Shown here piece after piece: positions 59,021 to 64,000 of a DNA stretch of 64,000 nt (within the stretch, counting starts at the first letter, position 1; each line of letters begins with the position of its first letter). Below the pieces are notes generated by a model. That model saw only the letters and a program-made list of their open reading frames with translations. It ran no database searches and was not told where the DNA came from. This DNA is from the human T2T-CHM13v2.0 reference genome, Homo sapiens. A program made the position numbers and the translations under genes. Location: NCBI RefSeq assembly GCF_009914755.1, contig NC_060934.1; one strand, written 5' to 3'.

Positions 59021-60379
59021 GGATGACACACAGTTGTACTTAATGTGTGAGTCTCATGGTACTCAGGTAACTAAAGAATCTGTATCAATATTCCAAATCC
59101 TGTTGAAAGCGGTACCAAGGGACTTGTTGATATTTGGGGAAGCTTCTCCAAAGATAGGTATAGAATTTTCAAAGTGCAAAGGAAGGAAAAATAATGAAGG
59201 GCAATCTGAAGAAACAGGCTACCACAATCCAAAGCCGTGCATTCTTAACTGGAATCTTTTGTCCCAAACAATGAATATGAGTTCACGAGGTTGCACAATG
59301 CATAACGTGACCCAACTGCAGCATGGTGTTCCTGGATTTTAATCTCCTAAACTTCCTTGTTAATAAAGTTATGTTTATCTGCATCACTATATTTACAAGT
59401 TAAATATTTAAAACCTCAGTCATCTTGGAATTAGCAAATATTTAGTGCCGATATGTTTTTTTCTTAATTAACTCTAAACTAGCTCAATTTATTTCAAATC
59501 ATAATTATCTCTAAAGATTTTTATTTATGAGGGGAAGAGATATACCAAAGACTACTCCAAACTTACAGGAATTAGATCAGAAGTCTTACAATTTTCTCCA
59601 AATTTTCTTCATGGCTGCCTCAAAGAGAAATCATGCTATACTCTATATTTTCTGCAGTAAAGCCAAGGATATGGGAGGGAAAAAAAGGGGAAAGAGTCAT
59701 GGAAAGCCAGCTTCTTGCTGAAACTCCACTAGGTGCCCTGCTGGAATCTCCCTTGAAAGAGGTAAGTTGGAGGGAAACCATTTTTCCCATTCTCATTCTT
59801 CCCCAATGTCTGGAGTGATCAAATGCAAAACACTAGGAATGTCTGGTTTTTTAAAGGAAACAGCTGAAGGCATACTCTTGTTTAAGGATGATGTAAGAAG
59901 CAAGAATTTCAGTTCTATTTCCCTCTTGTTTTGCTTTCTTGTTTTTGTTTGTTTCTTTTCTTATATTTGGTTGCTTTGGTTTGTGTTGGAAATTTAGAGG
60001 GTTGAACTGTTTGGATAACTTAGTCACTCACACCTAGGAGAGAGTGTACTAATGGTGCAAATTGTAAACTAGCAATACGAATAGAATTTTCTCATTTCTC
60101 CGACTAACCCAAGAATTTGGATGCAATCAGGATGCCCATTAGGCATTTATATTTTCAATGGATTATAAATTTTTTTTTGGAATAATGAATTTTGCATTAG
60201 CCCTATAAAGGGAAATTAAAGTCTACAATTTATAAATACAGGTGTGCTAGCACATTAGGGTATTTTATAAACATGGACTTTAACTTTGTAATAAAATTTT
60301 TTTTTCATCAATTTCTAGACTAGGAGATTTGTAGAAGGGGGAGATTGTAATTTTTGAGATGATCTGTTGTAGCTGATGA

Positions 60380-60778
<399 letters not shown>

Positions 60779-62718
60779 TAACCATATCTTCTCTCCTCCT
60801 CACTTTGCCTTTTGGACTTGAGATAATAGCATAGATAATCTGGGTTTTCACAAAGGACCTTTCCCCTGGTGCCTGGTGGCATCTACATTTTCTGTGTTGC
60901 TGAAATAAATGTGTGTCTCACTGCATCAGGCTGTCAAAACATGCTGGGCACTGATGAACTGCAGAATCTTTTCCTCTCATACTGTGGAACCGGGCATAGG
61001 ACCCAGCAAGAAAATGAACCCAAGAACCCGCTCCATCCAGCAGCCATGCCAGAAGCACCAACTAAATCTAAAAACCACAGATCCAATTAACTCCCTTTCC
61101 TGGAAGCACCAAAAAGACATAATCTTGTCAGCACCCCCTTGTCATGAGCCCAGATCCAATGTTCAATATTCTTTTTATTTTCCTAGAGCCTTCCAAAATA
61201 AAAATTATTTCAAGGCCACTCCCTGTCACCGTTTTCCACATTCTTAACAGAGGTATGTTGTCCATGCTCCACAACAACTCTTCACTGATAGGACAGTATT
61301 TGTTTTTAATTTCTGTATAGTATTATGATTGGTTCTTGTGTGTTTCATAATTAATTGAACATACATAGCCAGATTCATTATAGAGAGCAATGTGAGTAAA
61401 GACATCCCAGGAATTTTTTTCCTGCTGGAAATATGAAAGATTCATCTTCCCAATTTTTTCCTGATCACCTGAGAGCCTACGCAGCAGAGATATTAAATTC
61501 CATCTTGTGACATAACACCAAAAGCATTTAGCGACATCCTCCCCTGAACAATGCTCAACGAGACTGCACTTCATGACAAACTTTATTCCCCAATCATATG
61601 AGCCAGATCACAGCTCAAAAAAACATGTCCTCAAACAGATGGGCTCTTGCAAAGTGTTTTCCTATAGATCATTTTCACTTTTCTCTGTTTTCTTTTCACT
61701 TTCCTGTCACATAAAAATTGGATCATAGGCTGATTTATCTCAGGGGCAATAGGGCACAACTTGTGTTATGTCTAAGATGGTTTCGTGCGACTTTTATCAA
61801 CAACAGCCAAGGACAGAAGAAAGTTTCTTGTTACTAAATTACCCTGAAAGTGATGAAGAGTTTTATTGATTACAAAAATTTAAGTGTGAAAATTGTACCA
61901 CGATGTTACTACAAACACATTTTCTTTTCAGAAGTTTCAGAGTATTAAATGGACGTAGTGCCAACTAAAACAGAGCTGACTATTTGATTTGGGGCATGAT
62001 TTTCTCAGTGAAAATATTACTTATTTGGAGAGTGGTCCAGGCCAACTTTGAAGAAGTCTAACAGAAGGAGAAAAGCTGCAAGGATGAGGTGAATCAGGCC
62101 CTGAAGTTTATCTGGCTGTACAACTCAGATCAAATCAAGAGCTGGCCCACTGCTTATTGACCGCTGACCTCTGGACTGAGACTTCCAGAATGTTCCCCAG
62201 CATGGTGGTCATGGTGGCAGTTTTTGTTTACCTTCAAGCAGGATGTTTTGAGAGCCGGTTGAGAAATGATGCTAATTTGTATGGCAAACTTTCAAGTCGA
62301 AATTGTCTGTGGGTTTTCTGCTGCTTATTGAAATCTGAACTAAAAGCAAAACCTATGATTTCTGCCACTCGGGTTTAATAACAGAAAACAAAGCAATCAC
62401 ATAAACAGACCCCTTTTATTGACTAGAGGCCCCAACTTCTCCCTTCTTGAAACATGAGTCATTGGGAAATAGAACTTATACCATAAGCAGAAACCGGATA
62501 CCCTTAGAATCAGAAGTATCTCCAACACTAATTGGATTAAAAATCACTAAGCGCTCTCACAGACTGGAGCATTCAAATCAAATTAGCCACCATCTTATTT
62601 TGTGAAAATAAAGAATTAGTGCCTTGTGTGTACATTTTCATCACAAGTTAATGAGGGACGTAGCATGACTGAAACTGCTCACGTTACCGGAATTCAGATA
62701 TCACCAAATGCCCTTTTC

Positions 62719-63051
62719 TTTTTTCTTTTTCTTTTTCTTTTCTTTTTTTTTTTTTTTTTTTTTTTTTTTGAGACAGAGTATTTCTCTGTCATCCAGGCTG
62801 GAGAACAGTGACATGATCTCAGCTCATTGCAACCTCTGCCTCCTGGGTTCAAGTGGTTCTCCTGCCTCAGCCTCCTGAGTAGCTGGGACTACAGGCTTGC
62901 ACCACTACCCCCAGCTAATTTTTGTATTTTTAGTAGAGACAGGGTTTCGCCATGTTGGCCAGGCTGGTCTCAAACTCCTGACCTCAAGTGATCTGTCTGC
63001 CTTGGCCTCCCAAAGTGCTGAGATTACAGGCGTGAGCCACTGTGCCCGGCC
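62719..63051 (-). mobile_element. AluS (Sx/Sz-like)
   Basis: Full-length body; long T tail; TSD ccttttc. Confidence 0.95.
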
Positions 63052-64000
63052 CCTTTTCATTTTTTTTCATGCAAAAGCTGAACTGGAATCCTAAAGTTCT
63101 CCAGCTGAATTCTTTCCTAAGGTAGCAAGGCAGAACTCCTCACTTTGCAAATGAGAACATGGAAGTCTAAAGAGTCTGTGATGAGCTCTAGACCTTGCAG
63201 TGGTTTGACAGCAACACATACAGGTAAGACCCAGCTGTCCTCACCTGCAATGCTGTATGTGCTCTGGTGATTCCACTAGTGTTTCCTTGAGATAAAGGGA
63301 GATGCAGTGATCATTCCAAGTGGGAGTGACCCATCGAGCAGCCCAGCTACTGGCTTTGGGTAAACCAGAGCCCTGTGATCTTCCTGGCTCATAATATAAT
63401 ATGATCCACATCAGCTCCTCACAGCAATCCACTGATGCAGGAGGAAAGAGAGCAAAGGCCAGGCAAGCAGGCAGAGGACCTCTGCTTCTGGTTAGAACGT
63501 AAGAGAACGGGAAAGACCTTTGTTTCTGAGAGAACTACAAGAAAAGCTGGGACAAAATAAAAAGTGTGCTTCTCTACCAGGCTAGTTAAGAGCAGTGGGA
63601 TGCAAGAAATCTTGGATGACCTGAACTCCAGAGAGAAGTGAGACCTTTATGGTGAGCAGCTTCCACACCTGCGGGAGGGAGTCAGATCCCTGAATTACAA
63701 GATGGAGGAGGGTCCTGCTGGAGCCAGGGAGACTCTGCAGGGATGGGGAGAACTCAGCTGAGCCTGACTGTGCCAGCTGGCAGGGTGGATGGCATCTGGA
63801 GGAGCCCCAAACAAAGCACTCAGCCCAGTAATTCAGCCTGCCTAGACCACACCCAGTCCCAAATTTTGTTGAGGAGGTGGCAGTGGAAGAGAAACTGGAA
63901 AACATGCCCCGTGGTGCTTGGATTCAGAAGCCCAGAGTTTACCTCACGAGGAACCAAGGGCATCTGGAATCGCAGCTTAACCCCTTCTTACCTGAAATAC

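Overview
Primate, most likely human, non-coding genomic DNA (Alu, L1, LTR12C, THE1 and MIR content). I find no supportable protein-coding exon or RNA gene: the ORF track consists of short chance ORFs, Alu/LTR read-through and decayed L1 fragments. Much of the window is layered transposon debris: an ERV1 3' end with its LTR, an internally deleted L1PB, a long L1MC1, L1ME fragments, a solo LTR12C, nested MLT2B/THE1, about 12 Alus and several DNA transposons. The best unexplained structure is a ~650-bp segment at 2410-3060 that is duplicated in inverted orientation ~26 kb away (29252-29910). The second copy lies in a composite insertion that splits an old L1ME and is bounded by an 11-bp direct repeat. 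That target site is microhomologous to the donor edge, and the duplicate has a ~96%-identical core inside ~83-85%-identical flanks. A smaller rearranged (inverted plus direct) copy of nearby MLT2B sequence occurs at 50246-50347, and a CpG-retaining candidate regulatory element at ~47.1-47.7 kb. I see no direct evidence of a new gene system. Subfamily names are recalled from consensus sequences, coordinates of old repeats are approximate, and identities are hand counts.
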